Source of the DNA: Mobula hypostoma
Taxonomy: Eukaryota
Direction of reading: 5' to 3'
Length of the DNA: 64,000 nt
Assembly (NCBI RefSeq): GCF_963921235.1
Contig: NC_086097.1
Span: 3,472,001 to 3,536,000, forward strand
This document shows, one piece after another, positions 1 to 13,132 of the stretch (within the stretch, counting starts at the first letter, position 1; every line of letters starts with the position of its first letter). Both the position numbers and the translations under genes were made by a program. Under the pieces are notes generated by a model, which saw nothing but the letters and a program-made list of their open reading frames with translations, did not search any database and was not told where the DNA came from.

Positions 1-383
1 TTCCTAAGCCCTTCTGTATTCTCTCTACTTCCCAAACACCTGCCCCTCCACCAGTATTTGTATCATCTGCAAACTTGGCAACAAAGCCATCTATTTCATC
101 ATCTAAATCATTTACATACAGCATAAAAAGAAGCGGCCCCAAAACCAACCCCTGTGGATCATCACTAGTCACTGGCAGCCAACCAGAAAAGGATCATTTT
201 ATTCCCACTCACTGCCTCCTACCAATCAGCCAATCCTCTAATCATGGCAGTAACTTTCCTATAATACCATGGGCGTATAACTTGGTAAGCAGCCTCATGT
301 GTGGCACCTTGCAAAGGCTGTCTGAAAGTCCAAATATACAACATACACTGCATCCCCTTTATTTATCCTACTTGCAATCTCCT

Positions 384-1348
384 GTGTACATACATCTACT
401 GATGCCTCTGGAAACATCTTTAGTGACGTTCCTGGAATCAGTGGGTGTTTCGGGTCTTTCAACATCATACAACCTCCTCCAGGTGACCCAGCCGGGGCTG
501 ATCAGACCCCAGTTTGTGTCCAGATGGCTAGCTACTTATGACTCCATGGCTCCCCTCTTTTGAGCCACAGCCATCTTGAGGCCCTCTCTGCCGTTTCGGT
601 GGTACTGCGGATGGCTCTCCTCTTCCTCTCTCCCTCGATGCCCAAATTGCTGAAGGCTCTAACTAAGGAACGGACGCAAATCCCCTACAACCACCCTCCA
701 CTGGGAGACACCTCGCTCTCCATTCAGCCTGCTGACAGCAGCTGACCAGTCCTGCTTGCAGCTTCTTATCAACCCCTCCCTTCGCCATTGCCTCCAGAAT
801 TTGGTTAACATCTTCATCAAACTGCTTCCACAGTGAAGTCATGATAGCTGCAGGCCATTTGATCCGCCTCCTGTTAGACTTCATGTTAGAGGGATTAGTT
901 TGCAACACTTGGAGGTTCCGGGCACTATGGGGTGACTCTGGGCCTGGCCCCTCCTTCGTCTCACCAGGTTGAATACCTGCGCGTTGTGCTGCTCCTGCTC
1001 CCGCCAAACACTTCATCCTTGCCTGGTGGATCTTCAAGCCGCGATCGTTCTTGCAGATTTTGCCACATGCACACTGCTTCCTCATCATCGTTTGTTCACT
1101 GCCTGGGTCTGATGCCATTATGTCTGTCCGACTGGGGTGCTCTCGGGCACCCCTGGGGGTATCTTTCCCTTAGATTCATCGTAGCTTTTGTGGGGGTCCT
1201 CCTCTCAGAGGACACAGACTGGGTTGCCAGCCCGTTCTGCCCCGGTTGCCGTCTCTCCGGGCTGTCACTGACTCTCCAGTCGTCACCACTCTTTTCACGG
1301 TTGTCACCCAGTCTTTCCTGGTTGTCACTGATGAACTCAGGGTGTAAG
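384..1348 (-). mobile_element. Internally deleted HERO-like (R2-group, restriction-like endonuclease) non-LTR retrotransposon
   Basis: ORF 663-1118 has zinc finger CACGKICKNDRGLKIHQARMKC and RRRIKWP, joined to WRARCLPVEGGCRGF. The neighbouring frame ends RRAIRSTTETAERASRWLWLKR. The insert interrupts CR1 sequence ...caatctcct|caaagaattcc, with cct on both sides. Confidence 0.8.
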
Positions 1349-1649
1349 CCTCAAAGAATTCCAACAGATTAGTCAGGCAAGATTTTCCTATCTATTCCTG
1401 TGTCACCAAGTACTCCATCACCTCATCCTTAACATTTGACTCCAACATCTTCCCATCCACTGAGGTCAGGCTAACTGGTCTATAATTTCCTTCCTGCTGC
1501 CTTCCTCCTTTCTTAGAGTGGAGTAACATTTACGATTTTCCATGCCAGAGTCCAATGATTCTTGCAAGATCATTATTAATGCCTCCACAATCTCTACTGC
1601 TACCTCTTTCAGAACCCTCGAGTGAAGTTCATTGGTCTGGGTGACTTGG

Positions 1650-2215
1650 AAACATAGAAAACCTACAGCACAACACAGGCCCTTTGGCCCACAGAGCTGT
1701 GCCAAACATCTCCTTACCTTAGAAATTACCAAGGGTTACCCCATAGCCTTTTGTTTTTCTTAGCTCCATGTACCTGTCCAGGAGTCTCTTAAAAAACCTT
1801 ATCATATCCGCCTCCACCACCACCGCCACCGCCGGCAGCACATTCCACGCACTCACCACTCTCTGCGTAAAAACTTACCCCGACATCTCCTCTGTACCTA
1901 CTTCCAAGTACCTTAAAAATGTCCCCTCTCGTGTTAACCATTTCAGCCCTGGGAAAAAGCCTCTGACTATCCACACGATCAATGCCTCTCATCAGCTTAT
2001 ACACCTCTATCAGGTCACCTCTCATCCTCCGTCGCTCCAAGGAAAAAAGGCCAAGTTCACTCAAACTATTCTCATAAGGCATGTTCCCCAATCCAGGCAA
2101 CATCCTTGTAAATCTCCTCTGCACCTTTTCCATGGTTTCCACATCCTTCCCATAGTGAGCTGACCAGAACTGAGCATAGTACTCCAAGTGGGGTCTGACC
2201 AGGGTCCTATATAGC
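1650..2215 (-). mobile_element. 5'-truncated CR1 LINE 3' end nested in older CR1
   Basis: ORF 1789-2187 (LFSLERRRMRGDLIEVYK) plus 3' UTR and tail; closely resembles the 3' end of the element at 57050-60283. Confidence 0.9.
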
Positions 2216-2481
2216 TTCCTTATTTTTCCCAGAAACCCCTGCCATTCCTGCCAGCATCTCCTTCCAAGTTACTTTGGCGAAATCCTCTCTTATACCACTG
2301 TAACTTCCTTTACTCCACTGAAAAAGTGTTACATCAGACTTTACTTTCTCCCTATCAATTTTCAAGTTGAACTCAAATCATATTGTGACCACTGGCTCCC
2401 AAAAGTTTTTTTACCTTAAGCTCCCTAATCACCTCTGATTCATTAAATAATACCCAATCCAATATTGCTGATCCCCTAGTT

Positions 2482-3232
2482 CAGTGGTCCCCAACCACCG
2501 AGCCGCAAAGTATGTGCTACCAGGCTGCGAGGAAACGATATGATTTGGCGATATGAAACCATATGAGTCAGCTGCACCTTTCCTCATTCCCTGTCACGCA
2601 CTGTTGCGCTTGAACTGCCAACTGTCCCGTATTAGCCAGGACATTCCGTATATTGGGCTAAATTGGTTTGTCCCATACAGGACCGCCCTTGTCTCATATT
2701 TCCCCCGCTAAGGTAGAGCATTCCTACGAAAGCTTTCGTGCTGAAATGGCGTAAAGCAAAGAAGCAATTACCATTAATTTATATGGGAAAAATTTTTGAG
2801 CGTTCCCAGACCCAAAAAATAACCTACCAAATCATACTAAATAATACATAAAACCTAAAATAACACTAACATATAGTAAAAGCAGGAATGATATGATAAA
2901 TTCACAACCTATATAAAGTAGAAATAATGTATGTACAGTGTACTTTCACTTAACAGAATCGGGAAGATTAAGCCAAAACCGATTTGTAGAAAAAAAAATC
3001 GGCACGTACACGTATGCGCACACTGGTACCCGCGCTAGGCTTCATGGTCATGGTAGTCTTCCTCAGGGTAAACACAAGTGTCCCGTATTTGACTGCTACT
3101 TTTGGCCCTTATTTGGGAGTGAGAAAGTTGGCAACCCTACTTGAACACCCGCACCTCCCCCCGTTGGCCGGTCTGCAAGAATATTGTCAATATTAAACCG
3201 GTCTGCAGTGCAAAAAAGGTTGGGGACCCCTG
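2482..3232. mobile_element. hAT/Charlie-type non-autonomous element (MITE)
   Basis: Terminal inverted repeats CAGTGGTCCCCAACC (2482) / GGTTGGGGACCCCTG (ends 3232); degenerate 8-bp flanks ccctagtt/tcttagta; CR1 resumes on both sides. Confidence 0.8.
2616..3139. mobile_element. Second hAT-type MITE (TAGGGTTGCCAAC termini) nested in the first
   Basis: Right TIR GTTGGCAACCCTA 3127-3139; eroded left TIR TGCCAAC 2616-2622; cttgaac duplicated at 2609-2615 and 3140-3146; subterminal TGTCCCGTATT repeats. Confidence 0.75.
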
Positions 3233-4902
3233 TCTTAGTAGACTCAACGACAAAGCTCTCTAAAAAGCCATTTTGTAGGCATTCAACAAACTCACTCACT
3301 TGAGATCCATTTCTAACCTGATTTTCCCAATTGACCTGCATGTTGAAATCTCCTATGACTATCACAACATTGCCCTTTTGACATGCCTTTTCTATTTCCT
3401 GTTGTAATCTGTGGTCCACCTCCCAGTCACTGTTGGGAGGCCTGTATATAATTGCCATCAGGGTCCTTTTACCCTTTCAGTTTCTTAGCTCAACTCATAT
3501 GGATTCAAAATATTCCAATCCTATGTCACTCCTTTCTTCTGATTTGATGCAGGGCCACGCCACCCCCTCTGCTGACCTTCCTGTCCCTCCAATACAACGT
3601 GTAACCTTGGATGTTCAGCTCCCAACACAGCCATCCTTCAGCCACGATTCAGTGATGGCCACAACATCATACCTGACAATCTTCTGCTCCTATATCTTAT
3701 GGTCTTATTAAGGATACAGAATCAAAAAGGGAAGCAAATACAGTACTTAAAGTGTTGTATCTCAATGCACAGAGTATAAGGAATAAGGTGGATGATCTTG
3801 TTGCACCATTACAGGTTGCCAGCTATGATGTTGTGGCCATCACTGAATCATAGCTGAAGGATAATAGTAGTTGCGAGCAGAATGTCTTAGACTCTATACA
3901 TTGAGATATAACACGTTGAGTACTGTATTTGCTACCCTTTTTGATTCGCATCCCTAATACACTGATTCTCACCCTGCTGTCTGCAATTTTCTCCTATCAT
4001 CTGCCTGTCCTTCCTGACAGCCTGACTGCACACTCTGCTTTTTTATCATCTGACCTATCTGGAGTCCCTTCATTCCGGTTCCCACGCCCCTACTAAATTA
4101 GTTTAAACCCTCCCCAACCATTCTAGAAAACCTTGTCGTGAGAGTGTTGGCTCCCCTTGGGTGCAGGAGCAACCCATCCCTTTTGTATAAGTCATACAGT
4201 ACCTCCCCCAGGAGAGATCCCAATGATCCAACAACTTGAGGCTCTGCCCCCTGTACCAGCTTCTCTGCCACGCATTTATCTGCAAAATCATCCTGTTTCT
4301 ACCCTCAATGGTGTGTGGCACAGGCAGCAATCCAGAAATTACTACCCTGGAGGTCTTCCTTCTCAACTTTCTACCGAGCTCTCTAAATTCTCTCTTCAGG
4401 ACCTCAGGCTGAGAAGTTGGTACAAAATCTCTTTGCTTTTCCTTCCTATGGCATTCGTACCAATATGTACCAAGTTATCCGGTTGTTCTCCCTTCCCCTC
4501 CAAAATGCTGTGGACACGATCCCAGACATCCCTGACCCTGGCATCTGGGAGGCAACATACCATCTGGGTGTCCTGTTCATGTCCACAGAATCTTCTGTCT
4601 GTTCCTCTATTGAGTCCCCTATCACTACTGCTCCTCTCTTCTCCCTCTTTCCCTTCTGCACTACAGACCCATGCTCACTGCCAGTAACCTGGTCTCCATG
4701 CCATTCCCCTGGGAGGCCATCCCCCACAACAGTATCCAAAATGGTATACTTACTATCAAGAGGAATGAACACAGGGGTACTCTGTGCTGACTGCCTATTC
4801 ACATTTTTATTTCTCCTGACACACACCCAGCTACTCGCCTCCTGCAACTTAGGGGTGACTACTTCTCCGTAACTCTGATCGATGATCTCCTCACTCTCCC
4901 AC

Positions 4903-5446
4903 ACAAGTCCTGACTGTAAACCAATAGAAATGTTGTGGAAGGGCCTGAAACAAGCAGTTCATACAAGGAAGCCCACCAACATCCCAGAGTTGAAGCAGTT
5001 TTGTAAGGAGGAATGGCTGAAGTTCCTCCAAGCCGATGTGCAGGACTGATCAAGTTATCGGAAACAATTGGTTGAAGTTATTGCTGTACAACGGGGTCAC
5101 ACCAGTTACTGAAAGGAAAGGTTTACAGATTTTTTCCAACAAATACATGTAATATCTGTCCTGCCAAAGGGTTTTGGCCTGAAACGTCATCTGTACCTTT
5201 TTCCATAGATGCTGCCTGGCCTGCTGAGTTCCTCCAGCATTTTGTGTGTGTTGCTTGTAACATTGGATAATTTTTCTCAATAAATAAATGAACAGTATAA
5301 TGTTTTGTGTTATTTATTTAATTAGGCTCTCTTTATCTACTTTGTAGTTTTTAGGACTTACGTGAAGACCTGTTCATATTTTAGGTCTTATTTATACAGA
5401 AATAGAGAAAATTCTACAGAGTTCATAAACTTCTAGCCCCACTGTA
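4903..5446 (+). mobile_element. Tc1-like transposon, transposase C-terminus and right TIR
   Basis: Encodes PIEMLWKGLKQAVHTRKPTNIPELKQFCKEEW...LVEVIA...HTSY*; ends CACTG+TA at 5440-5446; contains a short Penelope-derived insert (~5157-5256). Confidence 0.85.
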
Positions 5447-6472
5447 TATACTGTACTTTGATAATAAACGTACTTTGAACTTTGACTTTAAATTAAAACT
5501 GCTGGTAGAGACAAAATTCTCTCCACAGATGCTGCCAGACCTGCAGAGTGCCTCCAGCACTTTCTATGTTGCTCCAGATTCCAGCATCTGTAACCTCTTT
5601 TGTTTCCATCCCGAGATTGTTACCGACTACTCAATGTCTACTGGAGATGAAGTTGATTCTAAACCAAAGTGCTTTTACTAAAATGTGGATGCATTAGGTT
5701 CATCTCTGTTGGAATGAGAGCCTTGTCGATGGTGGACAGACTCTGGGGAGTCAGGAGGTGAGTTACACGCCGCAGGATTCCTAGCCTTAACCTGCTCTGG
5801 TAGCCACAGTGTTTATATGGCTGGACAGTTCAGTTTCCTGTCAATGGTAACCCCCAGGATGCTGATAGTAGGGGATTCAGTGATGGTAATGCCACTAAAT
5901 GTCAAGGGACAATGGTTCGAGCCTCTCTTCTTGGAGATGGTCATTGCCTGGCACTTGTATGGCTCGAATGTTACATGCCTTTTGTCAGCCCAAACCTGGA
6001 TATTAGACCATAGACCATAATACAAAGGAGCAGAATTAAGCCATCTGACCCATCGAGTCTGCTCTGCCATTCAACCATGGTTGATCCTTTTTTCTATCTC
6101 CTCCTCAACCCCAGTTCCTGGTCTTCTCCCCATAACCTTTGATGCCATATCCAATCAAGAACTTACCAATCTCTGCCTTAAATATACCCAACAACCTGGC
6201 CTCCACAGCTGCATATGGCAAAAAATTCCACAAATTCACCATCCTTTGACTAAAGAAATTTCTCCATATCTCTGTTTTGAATGGGTGCCCCTCTGTCCTG
6301 AGGTTGTGCCCTCTTGTCCTAGACTCCTCCACCATGGGAAACATCCTTTCCACGTCTACTCTATCTAGGCCTTTCAACATTTGAAAGGTTTCAATGAGAT
6401 CCCTCCTCATCCTTCTGAATTTGAGCAATTACAGACCCAGAGCTATCAAATGTTCCTCGTATGATACCCTTT

Positions 6473-9400
6473 GTTTTTTTTTTGTAATTTATTAATTAAT
6501 TTCTGAGAGGGTGTAATAAAATTTCTTATCAAGTTTTTCCACCCGAACTCCCTCCATTTCTGTGAACTGGTTCACTTCCATTGATACCTCCATATTATTG
6601 TCCAGTCTTCCTCAGATATTATTATCCCTCCTTCCTTCTCCCATTTTGTTTTAATGTATGAAATCAAATGTGTTTTAAGATTTGACAAACCTTTATAAAC
6701 ATTTGAAATTATTCTACTACCATTGTCTGAATTATATGCTTTTCTAAATAGCTCGATCAGACATGTGCTTGCCTTGGTTACATTTTTAAACATCCTATTA
6801 ACATACTGTCGCATCTGTAAATACCAGTAAAAGTTTTGTTTTTCTAATAAGTGTTTCTCTTTGAGCATTTCAAAACTGAACAGTGTTCCTTCTTTCATTA
6901 TATTGCAAATAGCTGTTATTCCTTTAGCTGTCCAGTCCTTAAATCTAGCATCCAGTTTATTCGGCGTAAAATCTGAGTTATATGCACACCATTTAAGAAT
7001 TGCAATGTCTCTCTCTAGTTTATATTCTTTGATAATAGTTTTCCATGTTTTAAGAATCCATTTCACCCATGGGTTGTCAATATTATTTATGTAACTTTGT
7101 AGGTTGTTATCAGCCAAAATTGCCTGTATGGGGATGGAAAGTATCCTCTCCTCAATGTTTTTCCATTGAGCGCCATACGATGGGTTGCACCAGCATATCA
7201 CAGCTCTCAACTGTGCTGCAAAATAGTAATCTCTAAGAGAAGGTAGACCCCATCCCCCCTTTCCTTTGCTAATTGCAAAGTTTTGAGACGAACCCTAGGA
7301 CTTTTACCTTGCCATATATATCTTGATAGCATCTTGTTCCATTCATTGAATTGATTTTGGTTAATCTCTATTGGTAGGGTCTGAAAGAGATATAGTAGTC
7401 TGGGCAGTATATTCATTTTTATAGATTCAATCCTTGAACTGAGACCAAGAAAAGGAATTAGGTTCCATCCTGTTAAATCTTCCTTAATTTTTATATATAG
7501 GCTGATAATTGCATTCTGGTAATTTTGCCAAATCTTTTGGCATAATGATGCCCAAATATTTGCCGGACTCTGGTTTGCCATGCCCAAGGATACCTACTTT
7601 CAATTTCTCTTGGTAGGCTATAGCTATATGAAAGTAGTTGGATTTTATCTATGTTGATCTTGTATTCTGATAATTGGCCATATTGTTCAAAGGATTGCAT
7701 CAATTTAGGTAAAGAGTATGTTGGTTGCCCTAGATAGATCAAAACGTCATCCGCGTAACAGGCCATTTTATGCTCTGTCCCTTTAATAGTAATTCCCCTG
7801 ATATCTTCATTTTGTTTGATGTATTGAGCTGATGGTTTCAGCTATAATGCGAAGAGTAGCGGTGACCATGCACAACCCTGTCTCATGCCCATTTCTAGGG
7901 TAAAACTATTAGATAATTATCCATTGATTTTAATCCTAGCAGTAGGATTGTCATATAGTGCCTGTATAGTTTTAATAATTGTGTCATGTAGACCAAATCT
8001 ATGTAAAACTCTGTAAAGAAAATTCCAAATAACTGAATCAAATGCCTTTTCAGCGTCCACGCTTATCACTACTGCTTCAATTTCATTTTTTTTAATATGA
8101 TCCATAATGTGAAGTGTCCTTCGTATATTGTCTTGTGTTTCGCATTGTTGTATAAAACCCATCTGATCATTATGTATCAGTGTGGATAGAAACTCTTCTA
8201 ATTGTTTGGCCATAATGGAAGTAAATATTCTATAATCCACATTAAGAACAGATATTGGTCGAAATGACCCACATTCCATTTATCCTTGCCTTCGCTCAGT
8301 GTAGCTGAGATTATCGCCTCCTTCCAGCTGGATGGCATTTGAGCCTTTCTTAGGACCCAGTTCAGTGTGGGGAGTAAAACAGGAATTAACTCATTTCTAA
8401 ACTCTTTATACCACTCTGCCGTATATCCATCTGATCCTGGTGACTTGTTTAATTTAAGCCTACTAATTGCAGTTTTTAGTTCAGCTTCAGTTATGTCAGC
8501 AGTCATCGTTCTATTTTGTTCTTTGCTTAAAGTGGGTAACTCTAAAGAATTCAGGAAGGTGTCAATTTGGGTTATGCTTCCCCCTGGAACTTTGGAATAT
8601 AGGGTTTTGTTAAACATTTCAAAAGCTTCTTGAATTTCACTTAACTTATTATTTTTATCACTTTTGTTCTTGGATCCCTAATTCTATGAATTGTATTTTC
8701 TGCTAGCATTTTTTTTCAGTTTCCATGCCAGTATTTTCATTGATTTAGATCCACTTTCATAGTGTCTCTGTTTCAGAAACATTAAATTTTTTCTAATTTC
8801 TTGTGTAGCCAAACTATTAATTTCATTCCTAATTTTTTAAAAATTTCCTCTAGTGTATCCTGTGCCAAACTCAATTTGTGTTTTTTTCTAGTTCCTTCAG
8901 CTTATTTTGTAATTCCTCTAATGTTCTATTCCTTATTTTTTTCTTATATGAAGATATCACTATAATTTTCCCTCAAGACAGCCTTCAGAGTAACCCATAG
9001 AATGGGAGGTGAAACCTCTCCATTATCATTGAACTCTAAGTAAAGACCAATTTCTTTTTTAATTTGTTCCTTAAAGTAGGGATCATTGAGTAGACCTGAT
9101 TTTAATTTCCAAATAGTATTCTTTGGTTGTAGGTCAAAATCAACAGATAAATATATAGGTGCATGGTCACTTACATCTATTGTCCCAATTCCACAGGTCA
9201 TTATTTTGTCTTTATCTTTTCCAAATGCTATGAAATAGTCTATTCTTGTATATATGGAATGTGGGGCAGAATAATGAGTGTAATCCCTTCTGTCGGGGAA
9301 AAAGTCCCTCCATATATCAATTACATCAACATTCTCAAAAAGAGTGTTAACTTTCTTGTGTAAGGACTTTGTTTCCTAAGTTTTTCTATTGGAAGAGTCT

Positions 9401-11563
9401 AACTTTGGTTGTAATCGTAAATTTAAGTCTCCCCCACATTTCAAGAGACCTTCTGTTTCCGTTACCATAATATGAGTAATCTTCTGGAAGAAACTAATAT
9501 CACTTCCTGGGGGTGCATATATATTCAATAAAGTAAATGACTTTCCATCTATATTCCCCCTTACCAGAATATATCTGCCCTCCTTATCTCCCATTTCGAA
9601 TACTGTTTCAAAATTTAGCTTACTTGAGATGAGAATAACAACTCCTCTTCTATGTTCTGATTTATATGAGGAGAAAAACAAATTAGTGAAACCCATTCTC
9701 TTTAATTTTCCATGCTCATGATCACTTAAGTGAGTTTCCTGTAAATATACATGGGCTTGTTCTTTTTTCATTTTTGATAGAATTTTACTGCGCTCGACTG
9801 AATTCAACAGCCCATTGACATTAAAAGAAATTACTTTTACTTTGCCCTTAGACATGTGTATTTATCTAGTATATCATTGAAATTTGCAGACTATAACTTA
9901 ATCGATCTACTCCCTGAACAAATAAGAGCCAAGAAACACGAATAATTAAAAAAAATAATGAAGGTGTGATTCCAAGGCTGGGGTCCCTAGATGACCCTGG
10001 GTTGAGCTAGAAGAAAAGTTTAGCCGTGGGGGATAGCCCCTCCTACCTGTGGTTTGAGGGCCCCCATTGCAGTACCTATAAAAGTAAGTAAAAAGAAACT
10101 ATGTCCATTACACAGAAATAATTTCCCTGTGTATTGCTCCCATGTATATATTCTCATTAGGTGGGTAAAAAGGAATGAATAAATGAATTTTTAAAAATTG
10201 TGTAATATAAAATCCACATATTTCTCGAGATAGGTATATCACCGTCTATTTTTGCTTCCTTTTAGTTTATCAGCACTTTTAAAGTTAGCCAAACCTTATG
10301 GCTCTTCTGAAGGAGGTGAGGGCTGCCCTCGGAGAACTGACAGTCTCTTCCTAAACACATCAAAGTTGCTGGTGAACGCAGCAGGCCAGGCATTCGGGCT
10401 GAGACCCTTCGTCAGGACGCTTGCTGCATTCACCAGCAACTTTGATGTGTGTTGCTTGAATTTCCAGCATCTGCAGAATTCCTCGTGTTTGAGTCTCTTC
10501 CTAAAATCCTTCTCTCGTCCTGCTCCCGTCCCCTGCTTTCTACGTTCTCTTACTATTTCCCAAGCAGTTCGGGATATCTGCTCAGCCAGACTTTCCCTTG
10601 GTTTGACCACGCTAATGGGCAGTCCTCTGTTGTTCATGTCTGTAGTCGCCTCTTCCACCGTTTGGTATAGTCGTATCCCTTCTTAGCAGGAGTTTGGAAT
10701 TTAATCTTTTCTTGCTTTAAAATTCGTTTCGCTTCAGAATACTCCTTCCGTTTCTATAGGACCGCCGGGGGGGGGGGGAGGGGGCGCGGTAATCATGATC
10801 GAAGTATATTAACTTCCCATTCCAAAAAACCCTCTTCTTACCCCAGGTCCTTCATAGAATCTCCGCTTTGCTCTTGAATTCGAAGCAATTTAAGTACTAT
10901 TGAGCGCGGTTTACTTTGTCTGCCTCCAGGAGGCCGCTGGATGAGCTAATGATGTGCCCTCTCAATTTCAATCTCCATACTCTGGGGAATCTCCAGTACT
11001 TCTCGCTGCAACTTGTCTACAAAGTCCATCATCGACAATCCCTCCACTCCTTTGGGAACATTATAAATCCTGATATTTTTCCGTTGCGATCTTCCCTCCT
11101 GGTCAAGCAATTTACTTTCCTGTTGATCTAATATTTTTATCGTTTTACTTAGTATCTGTTCCATGTTTTGCACGCGGTCTTCCACCCTCTCAATTCGAGT
11201 CTCTGCCACCACTATTTTCTGATTGACGTTGGTGAGCTCTGACTTGATATCATTGAGTTGCTGTTTTATATCTTTTTGGACTTCCCTTATCTCTTCCAAA
11301 ATCCTTATCATATTTGCCGCTTCGCCTGCACGAGGCCCCACGTCAGCTTTGCTGCCATGCGCACGTGTAGGAGAGCCGCACGCTGCACCTCTCTCTTCCA
11401 TAGGCTTTTTTTATCTCCATTCTTTTTCCCCATTCTTGCCCCCCTTATCAATTCAGATATTTTCGAAAGATCTTGTATTTGATGGATTAACGGGGCAAAA
11501 TATGCCTTTTTCTAGAGGAGCTGTTGATTTAAGCTGCCATTCTGAACGATGACATCACTGGAA
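6473..11563 (-). mobile_element. L1/Tx1-clade LINE: 5' UTR, ORF1, ORF2 endonuclease and RT; frameshifted and 3'-truncated
   Basis: ORF1 coiled coil + RKNIRIYNVP/IERAH (10946-11401); endonuclease SFNVNGL/LQETHL/NIYAPP/GGDLN/SDHAP; RT SPGSDG, FRPISVLNVD, DAEKAFD, YADD; poly(A) at 6474-6483; ~18-bp TSD cctcgtatgata(a)cccttt at 6455-6472 and 11564-11582. Confidence 0.95.
10356..10491. mobile_element. Short fold-back Penelope-derived insert in L1 ORF1
   Basis: Inverted arms (cacatcaaagttgctggtgaa / ttcaccagcaactttgatgtg); exact 14-bp TSD agtctcttcctaaa at 10342-10355 and 10492-10505. Confidence 0.85.
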
Positions 11564-13132
11564 CCTCGTATGATAACCCTTTCATTCCTGGAATCATCCT
11601 TGTGAACCTCCTCCGGACCCTCTCCAATGCCAGCACATCTTTTCTACTTTGTACAATGAGAGGTCCAAAACTGTCCACACTACTCAAGGTGAGGCCTCAC
11701 CAGTGCCTTATAAAGCCTCAGCATCACATCCCTGCTCTTGTATTCCAGACCTCTTGAAAAGAATGCTAACATTGCATTTGCCTTCCTCACCACCGACTCA
11801 ACCTGCAAGTTAATCTTCAGGGTGTTCTGCACAAAGACTCCCAAGTCCCTCTGTGTCTCAGATTCCTGGATTTTCTCACTGTTTAGAAAATAGTCTGTGC
11901 ATTTATTTCTACTACCAAAGTGCATGACCATGCATTTTGTCCAGGTCCTGCTGCATTTGGATATGAACTGCTTCACTAGCGAGGAGTCACGAATGCTGCA
12001 GGACATTGTACAGTCATCTGCCAACATCCCCACTTCTGACCTTATGACAGAAGGAAAGTCATTAATGAAGCAGCAGAAAATGGTTGGTCCCAGGACACTT
12101 CCCTGAGGAACTCCTGCAGTGATGTCCTGAGGATGTGATAATTGACCTCCAACCACCACGACTATCTTCCTTTGTGTCAGGTATGATTCCAACCAGCAGA
12201 GGGTTTTCCCCCTAATTCCCATTGACTTTATTTTAGCGAGGGCACCTTGATGCCATACTCGGTCAAATGCTGCCTTGATGTTGAGGGCTATCACGCTCAC
12301 CTCACCACTGGTATTTAGCTCTTTGTTCCATGTTTGGACAAAGGAAGTGATGAGGTCAGGAGCTGAGCGGCCTTGACGGAACCCAAACTGGGCATCCGCA
12401 AGCAGGTTATTGCCGAGTAGTTGGTGACCCCTCCCATCACTTTGCTGATGATTCAGAGTAGGATGACAGGCCGACACTTGACTGGGTTGGACTTGTTCTG
12501 TTTCTTGTGTATAGGACATACCTGGGCAATTTTCCACATTGCCGGGTAGATGCCGGTGTTGTAACTGTACTGGAACAGCTTGGTTAATGACGTGACAAGT
12601 TCTGGGCGCAAGTCTTCTGGACTATTGCGGGACTTTGTCTGGGCCCATAGCCTTCGCTAGATACTTAGTGCTTTCAGCTGTTTCTCGACATCACGTATAG
12701 TGAATAGGATTGGTCGCATACTGACATCTGGGATGCTGGGGACTTCTAGAAGATCATCTATTCAGCACTTCTGACTGAAGCTTGTTGCAAATGCCTCAGC
12801 CTTACCTTTTGCACAGGTGTGCTGGGCTCCTCTGTCAGTGAGGATGGGGATATTTGTGGAGCCTCCTCCTCCAGTGAGTTGTTTGATTGTCCACCACCAT
12901 TCACGGCTGAATGTAGAAGGACTACAGAGCTTAGACCTGATCCACTTAGTCCTGTCAATTACTTATTGCTTATGGTGTCTGGCATGAAAGTAGCCCTGTA
13001 CTGTGGTGATGCCTCATATTGACGTTTGTCTGGGCATGCTTCACTGCACTTTTCATTGAACCAGGGTTAATCCCGTGGACGCATGGTAATGTTAGAGTGG
13101 GGGATACGCCGGGCCATGAGGTTACAGATTGT

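Larger units (their letters stand above)
1..4900 (-). mobile_element. Decayed CR1-type LINE (ORF1 esterase, APE endonuclease, RT), split by several younger insertions
   Basis: Minus strand encodes GFVAKFADDT (~55-90), GKSCLTNLLEFFE (~1350-1388), IYRPPNS...VIVIGDFN (ORF 3096-3458) and ORF1 GDS/VVISGLLPVP/LDHWD motifs (ORFs 4103-4366, 4446-4904). Runs off the left window edge. Confidence 0.9.
6007..11937 (-). mobile_element. CR1 3' fragment (6007-6472 and 11564-11937) split by the L1 insertion
   Basis: RRMRRDLIETFQMLKGLD (ORF 6105-6428) and LYKALVRPHLE (end of ORF 11680-12537) are collinear once the L1 is removed. Confidence 0.85.

Noticed and set aside
11680..12537. 285-aa intact reverse transcriptase gene
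   Set aside because: Chance in-frame fusion of two different decayed LINE fragments at ~11937; not a functional gene.
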